Source: an uncultured Planctomycetaceae bacterium (lineage in GTDB: Bacteria > Planctomycetota > Planctomycetia > Planctomycetales > Planctomycetaceae). From it: a stretch of DNA of 64,000 bases. Below the pieces are notes generated by a model. It did not search any database, was not told where the DNA came from, and was given only the letters and a program-made list of their open reading frames with translations. How positions within the stretch are numbered: position 1 is the stretch's first letter; every line of letters begins with the position of its first letter. The position numbers were made by a program, and so were the translations under genes. Positions 27,771 to 38,685 of this stretch are shown here, in pieces. The DNA lies in the NCBI GenBank assembly GCA_963976765.1, contig CAXBME010000005.1, forward strand, positions 1 to 64,000, in the 5' to 3' direction.

Positions 27771-27983
27771 GATTGGCTCACACTTGGTGGTGACGCGATG
27801 TTGAATCTCTGTGATGGCATTTCTCAGCAGGACAGCCTGTTTGGCGAGCAGGCTCGTCGGGTCGTTCCGTTTGCTTGTCGACCACCTCGCAGTGCCTGAC
27901 TATCCCTTAGCAACCAGCCAACTACCACCAGGTTACGCACTTCAGGCGCTGGTGTATTTCCGAAAGCAGAATCGACACGACGA

Positions 27984-30900
27984 CTACACTTTCTTCAGTG
28001 AGTACAGGACAGGAACGACGATCAACGTTAGTAGCGTCGCGAAGCTGAGTCCCGAAACCAGTAGCCAGGCCATGCCTTCCCATAACGGACCTCCGGCGAG
28101 CGCGAGTGGGATCAGGCCGCCGACTGTCGTGGCTGTTGTCAGGAAGATTGCCATCAGCCGTTGTTGACCTGCGGCGACGATGGCGGCGTGGAAGTTTTCT
28201 CTCTTTGTCGCGGCGGTTTCGGTTGTGGTGATTTTCGGCTGATCGTCCGCATTACGTTCTGCGACAGACATGTCGGCGAATTCGACGAACAGGATGGCGG
28301 CATTGAGCACGATTCCGAACAGAGCTAACACGCCGAGTTGCGGCATGAATCCGAAGGCACTGTTCGTCAGCCAAAGTCCCAGCAACGCGCCTGCGACGGC
28401 GAGGGGCAGCGTGGCGACGATGATTGTCGTGCGGAAGACGCTGCTGAATTGCACGATCAGCAGGATGATGATTGCGACAAATGACATGCCGAATGATTTG
28501 AGCATCTTCCCCTGAGCCTTCTGCGATTCTTCCAGCGAACCCCCGACTTCGATTTTGAACTCATCGGGCAACTCCGCTTTCAACACCTGCATCTCGGGCG
28601 AGTTGAAAACTTTTTTCGTGATGTCGTTGCCGGACGCGCCAAACTTCACTTGCGAACGAACCTCGATCGTTCGGTTGCCATCGCGGCGGTCGATCAGTGC
28701 CGGACGCCATTGGGGAATCACCTTTGCAACGGATGCGAGTGGAAGTTTGCCGTGTCGCGTTTCCACATGTGCATTCTCGATCGCTGAAAGAGAACGACTG
28801 TCGGGTTCCAGTCGAAAGTAAACCGGAATCTGGTGCTCGCCTTCACGAAAGTAAGTCAGCAGTCGACCCGAAAAGTAGGTGTCCAGAGTCGACGCGATTT
28901 CGGCATTGCGAACGCGTGCCAGGTTTGCGCGATCGGACTCAACATCGACGAACAATTGCTGACCGTTGACACCCCACGAATCACTGACCGAGATCGTGTC
29001 TGGTTCGGAATCAACCAACTCTTTGACGCGGTTGGCTGTCGTTCTGAGTTTGCTCATGTCGGCAAATCCGTCGCCAACAACTCGCAGCACCACCGGGTCT
29101 GCGGGCGGTCCAAGGAACAATTCAATCGGAACAACTCGGGCACCCACGATCGGTTGCAGACCGAGTTCTTCGTCGCCGTGCACGATCACTCGTCGCAGTT
29201 CTTCAGCGAAATCGTGTGTGAAGCGGCCGTCAGTCGTATGAATCAGTATCTCTGCGAAGTTAGGTTTCGGAGCTTCTGGTTCCCACGACAGATACCAGCG
29301 TGCTCCACCACCGCCAACGATCGATCGCATGTTGAGCAAACGTTCCTGCGACTGCCCGCTTTCATTGGTGAAAGCGCTGCAGCGTCGAATCATATTCTCG
29401 ACCTGCCGAGTGATCTGGTCGGTTTGTTCGATCGACGACGATTCCGGCAACCAGACTTCCACCGCAAATTGATCGCGTTGAGTCAGCGGAAAGAATTCCG
29501 CCGAGATCGGCAATTGCGTGGTCAGCAGAAGCACTGCGAACGCACCAGCTAAGGTGACGAATCGGTGTTTCAATGCCCAACGCAGGATGTTTCCGTACCA
29601 GCGAAACAGCACGCCGCGAGATTCCAATTCATTCGACTCAGCTCGATTGGCGGCGGCATGGTCGTTTCTTTTTCGAAAGGAAATGGAACTAAGTTTCGTC
29701 ATCAGCCACGGCAAAGGTGCTGATGGTTTTGACGGGTCTTTCGGGGGCCGAATAAACCACGCTGCGAGGATCACGCAGAACGTCATGGCCAGCAGCCAGC
29801 TCACCGCCAGCATGACCGAAAGCGTCGTGGGCAGGCTGTAGATGAACTCGCGATTCACTCCGTCCATCGCAATCAACATTGGGATGAACGCGGCGATGGT
29901 AGTTAGCGTTCCGTTCAGCATTGAGGCGCCCAGCGTTTGTGCTCCTGAAACTGCCGCGTCTCGGGGATTCATTCCGGCGATCTGATTGGTGCGAGTCTGG
30001 TCGCATATCTGGACAGCATTGTCGACCAGCAATCCCAGCGAAATGATCATCGACGCCAGTGACATTTGCTCCAGTTGGACGCCAAACAAGGTCACGATCG
30101 CCAGCGACGAAAGCACAACGAAGGGAATGTTCGCGGCCATCACGGCAGCCGTCCGAAACCCGACAACGAGGTACACGACGACGACGACAATCACGATTGC
30201 AGAGATGATATTGACGACGACTTCGCGAAGTCGTTGATTCACACTGTCTGATTGATCGGAAATAATCGACACCGCAAGATCGGGAGGGAGTGATCCATTG
30301 CTTTGAAGTTCGGCGATCCGATTCTTCGCGCCCGTGCAGATGTCGACGATGTTTGCTCCCGACTTCATCGCGACGGCTACGACATTGGCCGACGCTTCCT
30401 GTTGCGTGTCGCCGTAGCGGCAAATCCGAGTCGGCGGATCGACATAGCCTCGCCGTACCCGCAGTCCCATATCTTCCAGGTGGATCGGGCTGACGCCGCC
30501 TTTCGACGGCACCGCACTCACGACCAGACGGTTGATTTCGGCGACGGCATTCACTTCGCCGCCGGGCTTCACAAAATATCGACCGTCGTCGGCATCAAGG
30601 CGTCCGCCCGGTTCGACAATATTTTGCGACTGTGCCAGAGCGGCGATTTGATCGGTCGTCAATTGGAGCTGTGACCAGTTGCGTTCGTCGGTTTCGATGT
30701 AGATCGCTTCTTCCCGGACGCCGTGGCGTTCGACCTTGGCAACGCCGGGCAACAGCCGAAGTGCGTCTCGAATGCGTTCGGAATAAATGTCGAGTTCCCG
30801 GTGCGAGTATTCAAACTGAGGCTCGACCGCGTCGTGACCTTCCACCGGTTGTTGATGAACGGCGAACAGGATCACGCTGGTGTCAGCAAATTCGTCATTC

Positions 30901-31289
30901 ACAAACGGAACGATGGACGGATCGGGCATCTGCACGTTCTCGACACGCGCCCGCACTCGATCCCAGGCGTCATCGATCTTGGCACCGGGTAGCCACTCTT
31001 CGAGTTCGACAAAGATCACCGACTGCTCGCTGCTGGATGTCGAGCGAATCAGACGTACTTCTTCCATTCCGTCGATCGCCTCTTCGAGCGGATCGGTAAC
31101 CAACTCTTCCATTTTTTCAGCGGAAGCACCGGGCCAGCGAGTTCCCACAACGGCAATCTTCAGTGTGAACTCCGGGTCTTCTCGACGCGGCATCGTGAAT
31201 GCACTGAAGACGCCCCAGCAAACAAACATCAAGACAAACGCGATCACGACCGTCGGTCGCGCAACGGCGAAAGCAGGCAACCGATTCAT
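27984..31289 (-). CDS. RND efflux permease (AcrB/AcrD/AcrF family)
   Basis: PRREDPEF, LGLLVDNAVQ, GIVLNAAIL, IFLTTATTVGGLIPL. Confidence 0.93.
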   Translation of the reverse strand: MNRLPAFAVARPTVVIAFVLMFVCWGVFSAFTMPRREDPEFTLKIAVVGTRWPGASAEKMEELVTDPLEEAIDGMEEVRLIRSTSSSEQSVIFVELEEWLPGAKIDDAWDRVRARVENVQMPDPSIVPFVNDEFADTSVILFAVHQQPVEGHDAVEPQFEYSHRELDIYSERIRDALRLLPGVAKVERHGVREEAIYIETDERNWSQLQLTTDQIAALAQSQNIVEPGGRLDADDGRYFVKPGGEVNAVAEINRLVVSAVPSKGGVSPIHLEDMGLRVRRGYVDPPTRICRYGDTQQEASANVVAVAMKSGANIVDICTGAKNRIAELQSNGSLPPDLAVSIISDQSDSVNQRLREVVVNIISAIVIVVVVVYLVVGFRTAAVMAANIPFVVLSSLAIVTLFGVQLEQMSLASMIISLGLLVDNAVQICDQTRTNQIAGMNPRDAAVSGAQTLGASMLNGTLTTIAAFIPMLIAMDGVNREFIYSLPTTLSVMLAVSWLLAMTFCVILAAWFIRPPKDPSKPSAPLPWLMTKLSSISFRKRNDHAAANRAESNELESRGVLFRWYGNILRWALKHRFVTLAGAFAVLLLTTQLPISAEFFPLTQRDQFAVEVWLPESSSIEQTDQITRQVENMIRRCSAFTNESGQSQERLLNMRSIVGGGGARWYLSWEPEAPKPNFAEILIHTTDGRFTHDFAEELRRVIVHGDEELGLQPIVGARVVPIELFLGPPADPVVLRVVGDGFADMSKLRTTANRVKELVDSEPDTISVSDSWGVNGQQLFVDVESDRANLARVRNAEIASTLDTYFSGRLLTYFREGEHQIPVYFRLEPDSRSLSAIENAHVETRHGKLPLASVAKVIPQWRPALIDRRDGNRTIEVRSQVKFGASGNDITKKVFNSPEMQVLKAELPDEFKIEVGGSLEESQKAQGKMLKSFGMSFVAIIILLIVQFSSVFRTTIIVATLPLAVAGALLGLWLTNSAFGFMPQLGVLALFGIVLNAAILFVEFADMSVAERNADDQPKITTTETAATKRENFHAAIVAAGQQRLMAIFLTTATTVGGLIPLALAGGPLWEGMAWLLVSGLSFATLLTLIVVPVLYSLKKV

Positions 31290-33064
31290 CGACCGCCCTC
31301 CGACGCTCGCTGAGTCGGTACGATTCTCACGCTGTCGCCGTCGTTAACGTAGTGAGTGCCTCCGACAACGACCTGCGCGCCTTCCTGCAACTCGCCAGCG
31401 TTCGATGGCTCAATTCGCAACATCAGCGATTCATCGGCAACCGAATTTTCCGAGGACACGTTCACCATGACTCGGAGAACCGTCGTATCCACCTGTGAAG
31501 ACTTCGCCGCCGAACCATCTGCCTGCCCATCATTGACGACGTGAATGAACGTGTTCCCGTTCTCGCGACGGACAGCTTTCATCGGCACGTAAAAACCAGT
31601 CGCGGAGCTTTCAGGCATGATGGCGACTCGCACCGTGTCGCCGGCACGCAGCATCCAGCGAGTTTGTTCGAGCAGAACTCGATTGCCTTTCCAACTGCTG
31701 AGCGGTGTTGAATCCACCGAAGGATCGTCGTTGAAAAACAGCCTTCCCGTGATCAGGTCCTGTTCGGTATCGACCTTCCTGGAGCCGTCCGGCGAACCGT
31801 TTGCAAATTCGATCGCCACAAAATTCCATGAACCCAGGAATGGGATCACCTCACTGGTGACGTTCACTTTGAGTCGTTCGACGATGAGTTCACGATCTTC
31901 GCCATGAGAGATTTTGCCCCATGAACGATTGGTGATTCGCCAAACGAAATCGTCGTTGCCAATGTGGTGGATGGCACTCTGTTCGACCAGCAGCCGGTCG
32001 TCACCCGTCACGATCGGGCCAAGGTTCAAGGGGAAGATGTCTTTCGTTCTCGCGACGACTTCGTTCGTCGCGAGGGTTCCAACACGGCGCTCCCGTTGAT
32101 TTCGAACATGCAGCGACACTGTGAACGTTCTGTTGTTGGCATCCGCGATTGTGTCGACGGTATAGACCATCCCGGTCAACACTCGTTGCTGGCCGTTGTG
32201 ATCGGTGACGCTGACTTCGAGCGTATCTCCACGCTGGTAGCGGCGAGAGTTGGCGGCCGTCACTTCAAACTCAACCAGCATCGGATCGACCATCTGGACG
32301 GTGACAATCGGATCGCCTTCTTTGACGTACGTTCCAGGCACCGCGTGAATTGCTGTCACCTGGCCGGGAAACGAACTGAACAGCACGGAGTTCTTCAGAC
32401 TCCGTTCAGCCTCAGCGAGTCGTTGTGTCGCCTGTTGAACCTGAGCATCCAACGCAAGCTGTTCTGCGTTTGCCTGCGCCAGTTCCGCCTTCGCACTGGC
32501 TACGCGCAGAAGAGCCGTCGACGCACGCGTGCGAGCCGTCTCAAACTCAGACTCAGAAAGCGAGTTCGAAGTTGCCAGCCGTTTCGCGCGAGCCAGTTCC
32601 GATTCAGCAAGCTGTTGTTCCGCCTGCTCCGTCTTGATCTGAGCCGGCAGGCGTTGCTCGATCGCGATCAGATTCGATTCACGTCGGCGCTGTGCAACCG
32701 CTGCATCGGCTCGGGCAGCATCCACTGCAATCCGAAACTGCTCATCATCCAGTCTCGCCAGAGGCATACTGGTGGCTCGGTCACCGGGGCCTTTCACCAT
32801 CTCATTGGGCTCGATCACCTGCACGACACGCCCCGGTTGCTCAAAACCAATTCGTTCGGCTTTCCACGGAGCGACCGATGCCGTCGTGTGATGCTGAAAC
32901 GACGGAGCGCTGCGTTTCAACACCATTATTGAAACCGGCTTGGGCGGCTTCACGACGAGGGCCGCATCCTGTTTCGAATCGCCGGAACATCCCCCAACCG
33001 CGAAAGCCAACATGGCAACGCATGCCAAAAACACGCAGTTTGCCGACTGGAAACGAAGACTCAT
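31286..33064 (-). CDS. RND periplasmic adaptor (long), lipoprotein
   Basis: Lipobox VGGC; IGFEQPGRV; coiled coil; LFSSFPGQV. Confidence 0.88.
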   Translation of the reverse strand: MSLRFQSANCVFLACVAMLAFAVGGCSGDSKQDAALVVKPPKPVSIMVLKRSAPSFQHHTTASVAPWKAERIGFEQPGRVVQVIEPNEMVKGPGDRATSMPLARLDDEQFRIAVDAARADAAVAQRRRESNLIAIEQRLPAQIKTEQAEQQLAESELARAKRLATSNSLSESEFETARTRASTALLRVASAKAELAQANAEQLALDAQVQQATQRLAEAERSLKNSVLFSSFPGQVTAIHAVPGTYVKEGDPIVTVQMVDPMLVEFEVTAANSRRYQRGDTLEVSVTDHNGQQRVLTGMVYTVDTIADANNRTFTVSLHVRNQRERRVGTLATNEVVARTKDIFPLNLGPIVTGDDRLLVEQSAIHHIGNDDFVWRITNRSWGKISHGEDRELIVERLKVNVTSEVIPFLGSWNFVAIEFANGSPDGSRKVDTEQDLITGRLFFNDDPSVDSTPLSSWKGNRVLLEQTRWMLRAGDTVRVAIMPESSATGFYVPMKAVRRENGNTFIHVVNDGQADGSAAKSSQVDTTVLRVMVNVSSENSVADESLMLRIEPSNAGELQEGAQVVVGGTHYVNDGDSVRIVPTQRASEGGR

Positions 33065-33275
33065 CGAGGCGGGTTCCTGAATAATGTGAAGTGCAAATGC
33101 AGGCCGAAACCAATGCGTCGCACTGCATGTTTCTCTCGAATTCTCTGTGGCTTGAGAATCGTAGCTTCCCTGTATGGTCGATTCTACTCAATTGACGAAG
33201 GATCGTGCGGCACGCGACAACTTGGGACGTTCCGCGTTCCTACTCCAACCGCCGCAACGGTCACTCGGGCTTTCC

Positions 33276-34613
33276 CTATTCACGAAGTTCGCGGGCGACT
33301 GTGAGGTAGTAGTTACGTGCGGTTGCGTTGACCATATTGTCGGCGAGCTTCGTTAGAGCATCTGCTTTGATTTCTTTCGCCGCTGCGTCGTCCTTGTCAA
33401 TCGCCAGCAGATGGTCGGCGAGTTGTGCGGCCCATTGGTTGTCGTCGTCGGCAAGTGCTGCTCTGGCGCCAGCGACCAGCTTGTCTTTTCCTCCAGCAAG
33501 TTTGGCCATTCGTTGCGCTTCGGCCCTGGGCGGCAATGGGAACAGGTTGGATGGATTGCCATCAAACCAACCGAGGTAGTAGTTGAAGGTCGTGCGGACG
33601 CCCCAGTCCGGATGTCCGTAGAACGGTTGTAAGTGGTCTTTGCTGGCGATCCTTTCAGGAAGCTGCACGTACTCGACCAACTCGTCCGGCGTCAGTCCTT
33701 TGTTGATTCCTTCAACCGTTTTGTCATGGATGAACTGCACCGCGTCGCGGTAGTCGTTCAGAACTTGCTTGACCTGGTCGGCCCCGACTACCGGGTTCGT
33801 GTGACCGCCGACAAGAGCCTCCGCATTCGTGTCGGCCATCTTGCCGAGGCTTTCAGCCCATAGTCGGGTGCTGCGATTGGGGGTGCCGCGAATTGCATAC
33901 AGGTTAGGAAACGATCGGTAGAAGTTGTCGCCCGCGAACAGGACTTTGCCTTCAGGATACCAGACGAAGATTTCATCGTTGGTCTCGCCCGGCGCCGCAA
34001 CGAGTTCGATTTCCACGTCGCCGATGTTGACTGATATGCGCTCGCCTTCGAGGAAGTGAGTCGGCATGGTTTCTTTGCCGGATGAAAAAACAGCTCCACC
34101 GCGTTTGGGATAACGAGCCGGAGCGACACCGTTGTTGATTCGTTGATCAGGTGGCAGCTTGAATCCAGCTTGTCGCGCACCGCGCACATTCTGAAACGTC
34201 AAACCACCGGCTTTCCACGGACTGGCTTCGCTGCCAAAATTCTTGTGTGCCCAAATCTGCGGACGTTCACTTCCCAGAAATGCTGCCGCGCCGCCGGTGT
34301 GGTCGCCGTGAGAGTGCGTGAAAACAATCGCCTTGATCGGCTTGCCGCTGATCTTGCGAAATTCAGCCGCGATGCGATTGGCATCACCCACCATCATTCC
34401 CGTGTCAACGATGACGACGCCATCGTCGCCAACAATCATCGAGACGTTCGAAACACTGAAGCCGACCGCCGTGTAGACGTTGTCAGCAACCTTGATGACT
34501 TGTTCCTCAAACTGTTTGGATTGCTCCGTCAGCTTTCGCGTCGCGGCATTGTCCTGGGCGAACAGCGGAGTCGCCACGAGCAGCATGGCCATTGGCAGGT
34601 GCAGTCGTGTCAT
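33276..34613 (-). CDS. Alkyl/aryl sulfatase, metallo-beta-lactamase fold (SdsA1-like)
   Basis: Signal peptide; THSHGDH, APGET, FPNLYAIRG, YLGWFDGNP. Confidence 0.9.
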   Translation of the reverse strand: MTRLHLPMAMLLVATPLFAQDNAATRKLTEQSKQFEEQVIKVADNVYTAVGFSVSNVSMIVGDDGVVIVDTGMMVGDANRIAAEFRKISGKPIKAIVFTHSHGDHTGGAAAFLGSERPQIWAHKNFGSEASPWKAGGLTFQNVRGARQAGFKLPPDQRINNGVAPARYPKRGGAVFSSGKETMPTHFLEGERISVNIGDVEIELVAAPGETNDEIFVWYPEGKVLFAGDNFYRSFPNLYAIRGTPNRSTRLWAESLGKMADTNAEALVGGHTNPVVGADQVKQVLNDYRDAVQFIHDKTVEGINKGLTPDELVEYVQLPERIASKDHLQPFYGHPDWGVRTTFNYYLGWFDGNPSNLFPLPPRAEAQRMAKLAGGKDKLVAGARAALADDDNQWAAQLADHLLAIDKDDAAAKEIKADALTKLADNMVNATARNYYLTVARELRE

Positions 34614-34670
34614 GTTGGTGCTCCTTGATTTTTAGTGGAATCTCTGACAGGTCAGGACAGAGTTCTTGTG

Positions 34671-34732
34671 GTAACCCGACGCGTAAGGGAGGAACTTGGG
34701 CAGAAACAGTCCGCGCTTATACCTTGGATTAC
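34671..34732. repeat. Decayed inverted repeat, REP-like intergenic element
   Basis: GTAACCCGACGCGTAAGGGAGGA versus the reverse complement of 34710-34732, GTAATCCAAGGTATAAGCGCGGA: 16/23 identical. Confidence 0.4.
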
Positions 34733-35719
34733 TCAGTTTTCGACAACCACCTTGCCCATTGCCTGTCCGCTTTCCAGGCGAGCGTGAGCTTTCCCGGCTT
34801 GGTCGAGCGAAAAGTGCGTTTCATCAAGCACGGGTTTCAGTGCGCCAGACTCGGCGATCTGTGCCAGGTTGCGGAGGATTTCTGCGTGTTCTTCTCGCCG
34901 GAAGTTGTGGAGCATCGGAATCAGCATGAACACGACATGCAGCGACAAGCCCTTGAAGTGAGCTGGCGTCAAATCCAGCTCGCACATCGAAACCGTCGTG
35001 GCGATTTGACCGTTCAGCGCGGCGGCCTCGAATGAATTCGCGAGGTTAGCTCCGCCAACCGAATCTAAAACGATGTCGAACCCAGCCCCGTCCGTGTGCT
35101 TGGCAACGTACTGCTCAACCGATTCGGTCTTGTAGTTGATGGCCGTTGCGCCGAGTTGTTCGATCAATGCCAGTTGCTTCTCACCGCCGCCGGTTGAGTA
35201 GACATCGGCGCCAAAATGTCTGGCAAGCTGGACGGCAACATGACCAACTCCGCCCGATCCTCCGTGTACAAGAACTTTCTGGCCTTCCTTAATCCCTGCG
35301 CGAGTCAGACCTTCGTAAGCTGTAATCGCCACCAACGGCAACGCGGCGGCTTCCTTCATCGACAAGTTCGTTGGCTTATGGGCAATCAACTTGCTGTCGG
35401 CCACGATGAACTCCGCCAATGTGCCGGGCAAATCTGCCAATCCGCCTGCACAGCCATAGACTTCATCGCCGACTGAAAAATTATCAACGCCGTCGCCGAC
35501 TGCTTCGACTGTGCCCGCAAAGTCCATTCCGAGAATAGCTGGCGTGGCGGGCGAAAGAGGTAACTCCTCGCCCATCTTGCGAATCATTGTGTCCACGGTG
35601 TTCACGCTCGATGCTGCGATTTTCACCAGAACGTGACCGGCTTTGGCGGACGGTTTCTCGACTTCCGCCGCTTCAAAGACTGCGTCTTCGCCATACGTGT
35701 TGATAATCATCGCCTTCAT
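34733..35719 (-). CDS. NADPH:quinone oxidoreductase / MDR family
   Basis: ILGMDFAG, HGGSGGVG, GKVVV. Confidence 0.93.
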   Translation of the reverse strand: MKAMIINTYGEDAVFEAAEVEKPSAKAGHVLVKIAASSVNTVDTMIRKMGEELPLSPATPAILGMDFAGTVEAVGDGVDNFSVGDEVYGCAGGLADLPGTLAEFIVADSKLIAHKPTNLSMKEAAALPLVAITAYEGLTRAGIKEGQKVLVHGGSGGVGHVAVQLARHFGADVYSTGGGEKQLALIEQLGATAINYKTESVEQYVAKHTDGAGFDIVLDSVGGANLANSFEAAALNGQIATTVSMCELDLTPAHFKGLSLHVVFMLIPMLHNFRREEHAEILRNLAQIAESGALKPVLDETHFSLDQAGKAHARLESGQAMGKVVVEN

Positions 35720-35767
35720 GAATCTTGTCCTTCTTCTTGTCGATAGAATGAAAAATCGATGCTGGAG

Positions 35768-36619
35768 CTACTTCTCGTTTTTCGAGTCACCACCAGCAGC
35801 GGACGGCGTCTCATCGCGTCGTAGCAGTTTCACAAGCTCTGCCAGGTCGCTTACGACATAGTCCGGTCGTGCGACGTTGGGATAAAGCGTTTTTCCGGGG
35901 CGTCTGACGAAGGCTGTTTGCAGTCCTACGTTCCTGGCTCCGGCTAGGTCCCAGGCATGAGCGGCGACCATCAACACTTCTGCTGGCTGGACGCCCAGAT
36001 CGCTGAGGACCATGCGGTATGTGTCAGGGTGCGGCTTGTACTTCCTGACGGTCTCAATCGTGTACCGCTTTTCAAACACGTCGGTCAGACCAGCGTTCTT
36101 GAATTGTGTTTCAACTCCGACTGCCGATGAATTCGTCAGGCTCACGATGCGGAAACCGTCCTCATTGAGTGCCTTCAGTCCCGCAATCACGTCCGGATGC
36201 GGCGGCAACGAGCGAAGCGGTGTCACGATCGCTTCCCTGGCGTCTTCATGCAGAAGTTCAATGCCTTGCGTTTCGGCGACCATCATCAAAGCGGCAGTGC
36301 CGATTTCGCCGAAACTGTGGTAGTTGTCGCTCAACGTTTCCACCAGCGAGTAGTGCAGCATCGTCGAAAACCACAACGGCAAAAGGTCTTCCCGCCCGTT
36401 GAGTGCTTTCCCGACGGAAGTTTTCAACGGAGTAAGATCAAGCAGCGTTTCATTGACGTCAAAGATGATCACTTTGGGGCGAGGCTGGGAATTGTTTGAC
36501 ATGGTCTTGTCCTGATTGCTCTGTGACGTTGAAGGTGGAGTTTCCTGGGCGTTTGCGAATGTCGCCGCAACCATAATAAGGGACAACGTGAACAGTCGGC
36601 GTGAACGTGAGTCCGTCAT
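35768..36619 (-). CDS. Haloacid dehalogenase type II with N-terminal signal-like extension
   Basis: IFDVNETLLD, LTNS, YKPHP, VAAHAWD. Confidence 0.9.
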   Translation of the reverse strand: MTDSRSRRLFTLSLIMVAATFANAQETPPSTSQSNQDKTMSNNSQPRPKVIIFDVNETLLDLTPLKTSVGKALNGREDLLPLWFSTMLHYSLVETLSDNYHSFGEIGTAALMMVAETQGIELLHEDAREAIVTPLRSLPPHPDVIAGLKALNEDGFRIVSLTNSSAVGVETQFKNAGLTDVFEKRYTIETVRKYKPHPDTYRMVLSDLGVQPAEVLMVAAHAWDLAGARNVGLQTAFVRRPGKTLYPNVARPDYVVSDLAELVKLLRRDETPSAAGGDSKNEK

Positions 36620-36664
36620 TTTATCTCCGAATGTTTGGGTGATGTCGTTGTACGAGCCACGTTT

Positions 36665-37165
36665 CTACTCGCTGAAATGTCTGATGTAGATCGCGGCGTC
36701 GCGAATGTCGAACACGAATGAAATCAGAATCACGCAGGTCATGACTGCTGACCAGATACGGAACCACCGACCCTCGTCTCTATCGAAAAACGGACGTTTG
36801 ATAAGTAACAGCACCAATGCGGGCGTCCAGCAGACGACATGACAGATCGCAATCGAACCCGACAACATCGGCAGACCAAGTGCTTGGAAAACCGCGTGAC
36901 CCGTGAGCATCGAAACGACAATCCCGCCTGTTGCCCACCGAGCGATGGGATGCTTCCGTGCGAACAAGAGTCCGGCTGCAAAAGTCAGCAACATAAAGAC
37001 AAGCCACGACTTGACCGCCAGCGGTAAACCGACGAATGCCTGGCCATCAAACACGTCCAACGCACCATAGCCACTTGTGAACTCTTCAGCGGCGTCGGCT
37101 GTCGCGGCGAATAGCATTGTCGACAACACAACGCTGGCTGAGAGTATTCGGGCACGTGTTTTCAT
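36665..37165 (-). CDS. Membrane hypothetical protein
   Basis: Signal peptide plus 4 TM segments; HVVCWTP, SFVFDIRD. Confidence 0.75.
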   Translation of the reverse strand: MKTRARILSASVVLSTMLFAATADAAEEFTSGYGALDVFDGQAFVGLPLAVKSWLVFMLLTFAAGLLFARKHPIARWATGGIVVSMLTGHAVFQALGLPMLSGSIAICHVVCWTPALVLLLIKRPFFDRDEGRWFRIWSAVMTCVILISFVFDIRDAAIYIRHFSE

Positions 37166-37260
37166 ATCAATGTTTCACTTTTGATTGGCAATCGACATCG
37201 CCAGACCGGTGATGATGTTTTCCACTCGTCCAAACTCTTGCGAGTTCCTCCGCATGATCT

Positions 37261-37743
37261 TCAGGAAAGGGCGACGGCTGCTTTGGTTTGCCCATCCCGC
37301 TGGTTGCAGGCTGCCGTCATGCGGTGATCGAGACTGAAACGTCCTCCACCAAGAACAATCGTGGCGATCGACAACAGCGTGACCATGATGGGGAGCGGTA
37401 CCGGCGGCACGAAGGGAATCGCAGTCAGTCCGCCGGGCAGCGTTTCAGTCGTCAATCCAGCAATCTGGATTGTCGCGTAGATTGCCAGCAACATCGTGGC
37501 CACACCCAGAAGTCCGCCAACTCGCGTCAGCAAGCCACTCAGCAGCAGAACGCCTGCTATAAACTCAACTGCCGTCGCGGCATAGACATTTGCGTCAACC
37601 ATCGGGAATCCAGCGGCAGTCAGAATATCTCGGAAGTGTCCCGGGTTCATGAAGTGCATGATGCTGAAGACAGTCAGGATTCCGCCCGCAATCAGACGAG
37701 GTAACAGTGGATACGCGAAGTTCGAGGTTCGTTGAAGCTTCAT
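37261..37743 (-). CDS. DoxX family membrane protein
   Basis: VEFIAGVLLLSGLLTR...GGGRFSLD. Confidence 0.88.
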   Translation of the reverse strand: MKLQRTSNFAYPLLPRLIAGGILTVFSIMHFMNPGHFRDILTAAGFPMVDANVYAATAVEFIAGVLLLSGLLTRVGGLLGVATMLLAIYATIQIAGLTTETLPGGLTAIPFVPPVPLPIMVTLLSIATIVLGGGRFSLDHRMTAACNQRDGQTKAAVALS

Positions 37744-37809
37744 GACACTCTCCCGCATGAGGTGAAGGGGTGTTGTTTTCTTGAAGGCTTTTGTGATTTG
37801 TTTCTGGCA

Positions 37810-38376
37810 TCAGTCAACCGGCTGTGGCTCGGCACTCCATGCGTTCTTGGCGAACGGTTTGTCGAGCGGGGTTTCGGCGACGTGGTTTGTGTAGTTGGAC
37901 AGAACCTTGTAAGCCGTTCCGACGACCACATCGAAAACTGTTTGCTTTGTGTACCCGGCAGCAAGCAACGCTTCGATGTCGCGTTCGCCTGTCCAGCCTC
38001 GGCTGATGTTGACCTTCTCCGCGTAGACTCGCAGAGCTTCCAGTTTCGGGTCGGCGATCGGCGTGCCGTCTCGCAGCGAGGTGACGACATCTTCGGGCAC
38101 CTTCGCCCCCTGCATGATCGACGTGTGAGCCGCCATGCAATACTCGCAACCGTTGAGTCGGTTGTTGGTCATGAGAATAATCTGGCGTTCGGTTTCGCTG
38201 AGATTTGTCTTTCCGAAGGTTTTCGAAATCGTTGTGTACGCTTCCAGCATGGCTGGCGATTCGGCCATCACGGCGTACAGGTTCGGCACAAAGCCGTTTG
38301 TTTTCTTTGCATTTTCCAGAGTCTGTCGAGCGTCTGTGGGAGCGGTTTCGGTCGTGTGAAGGGTAAAGTCTGTCAT
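37810..38376 (-). CDS. Carboxymuconolactone decarboxylase / AhpD-like peroxidase-related protein
   Basis: GFVPNLYAVMAESP, NGCEYCMAAH, SNYTNH. Confidence 0.92.
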   Translation of the reverse strand: MTDFTLHTTETAPTDARQTLENAKKTNGFVPNLYAVMAESPAMLEAYTTISKTFGKTNLSETERQIILMTNNRLNGCEYCMAAHTSIMQGAKVPEDVVTSLRDGTPIADPKLEALRVYAEKVNISRGWTGERDIEALLAAGYTKQTVFDVVVGTAYKVLSNYTNHVAETPLDKPFAKNAWSAEPQPVD

Positions 38377-38462
38377 TTCTGTTCTCCGTCGGTTGTGAAT
38401 ACCTGGTTAATTGAGAGTTCAGGACCATGCCGAGCTGACCTGCTTGTCACTTATCCGGCCGG

Positions 38463-38490
38463 GAGACGTGAGACTGGCACTCGCCTTACA
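38463..38490 (-). promoter_or_regulatory. ECF-type promoter TGTAAGG-N15-CGTCTC (AhpD-led operon)
   Basis: Third copy, same spacing, divergent from the sigma gene. Confidence 0.75.
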
Positions 38491-38685
38491 CGGATTGTGA
38501 GAAAGTTTTCGGAAAGTCTGCGGTCGGATTCAGCGTCTGGCCGAGTCGAGCGATATCAGCTCCTGAAACACCCACCCGGCACGCCGTTTCGCTGGATTCT
38601 TTACGGCTTCGATTCGTGATAAACTCGAACCGTGCGGCCAGCGGCTGTCTTCTGGTCACGACTCCCAACCCAAAACTTGACGAAC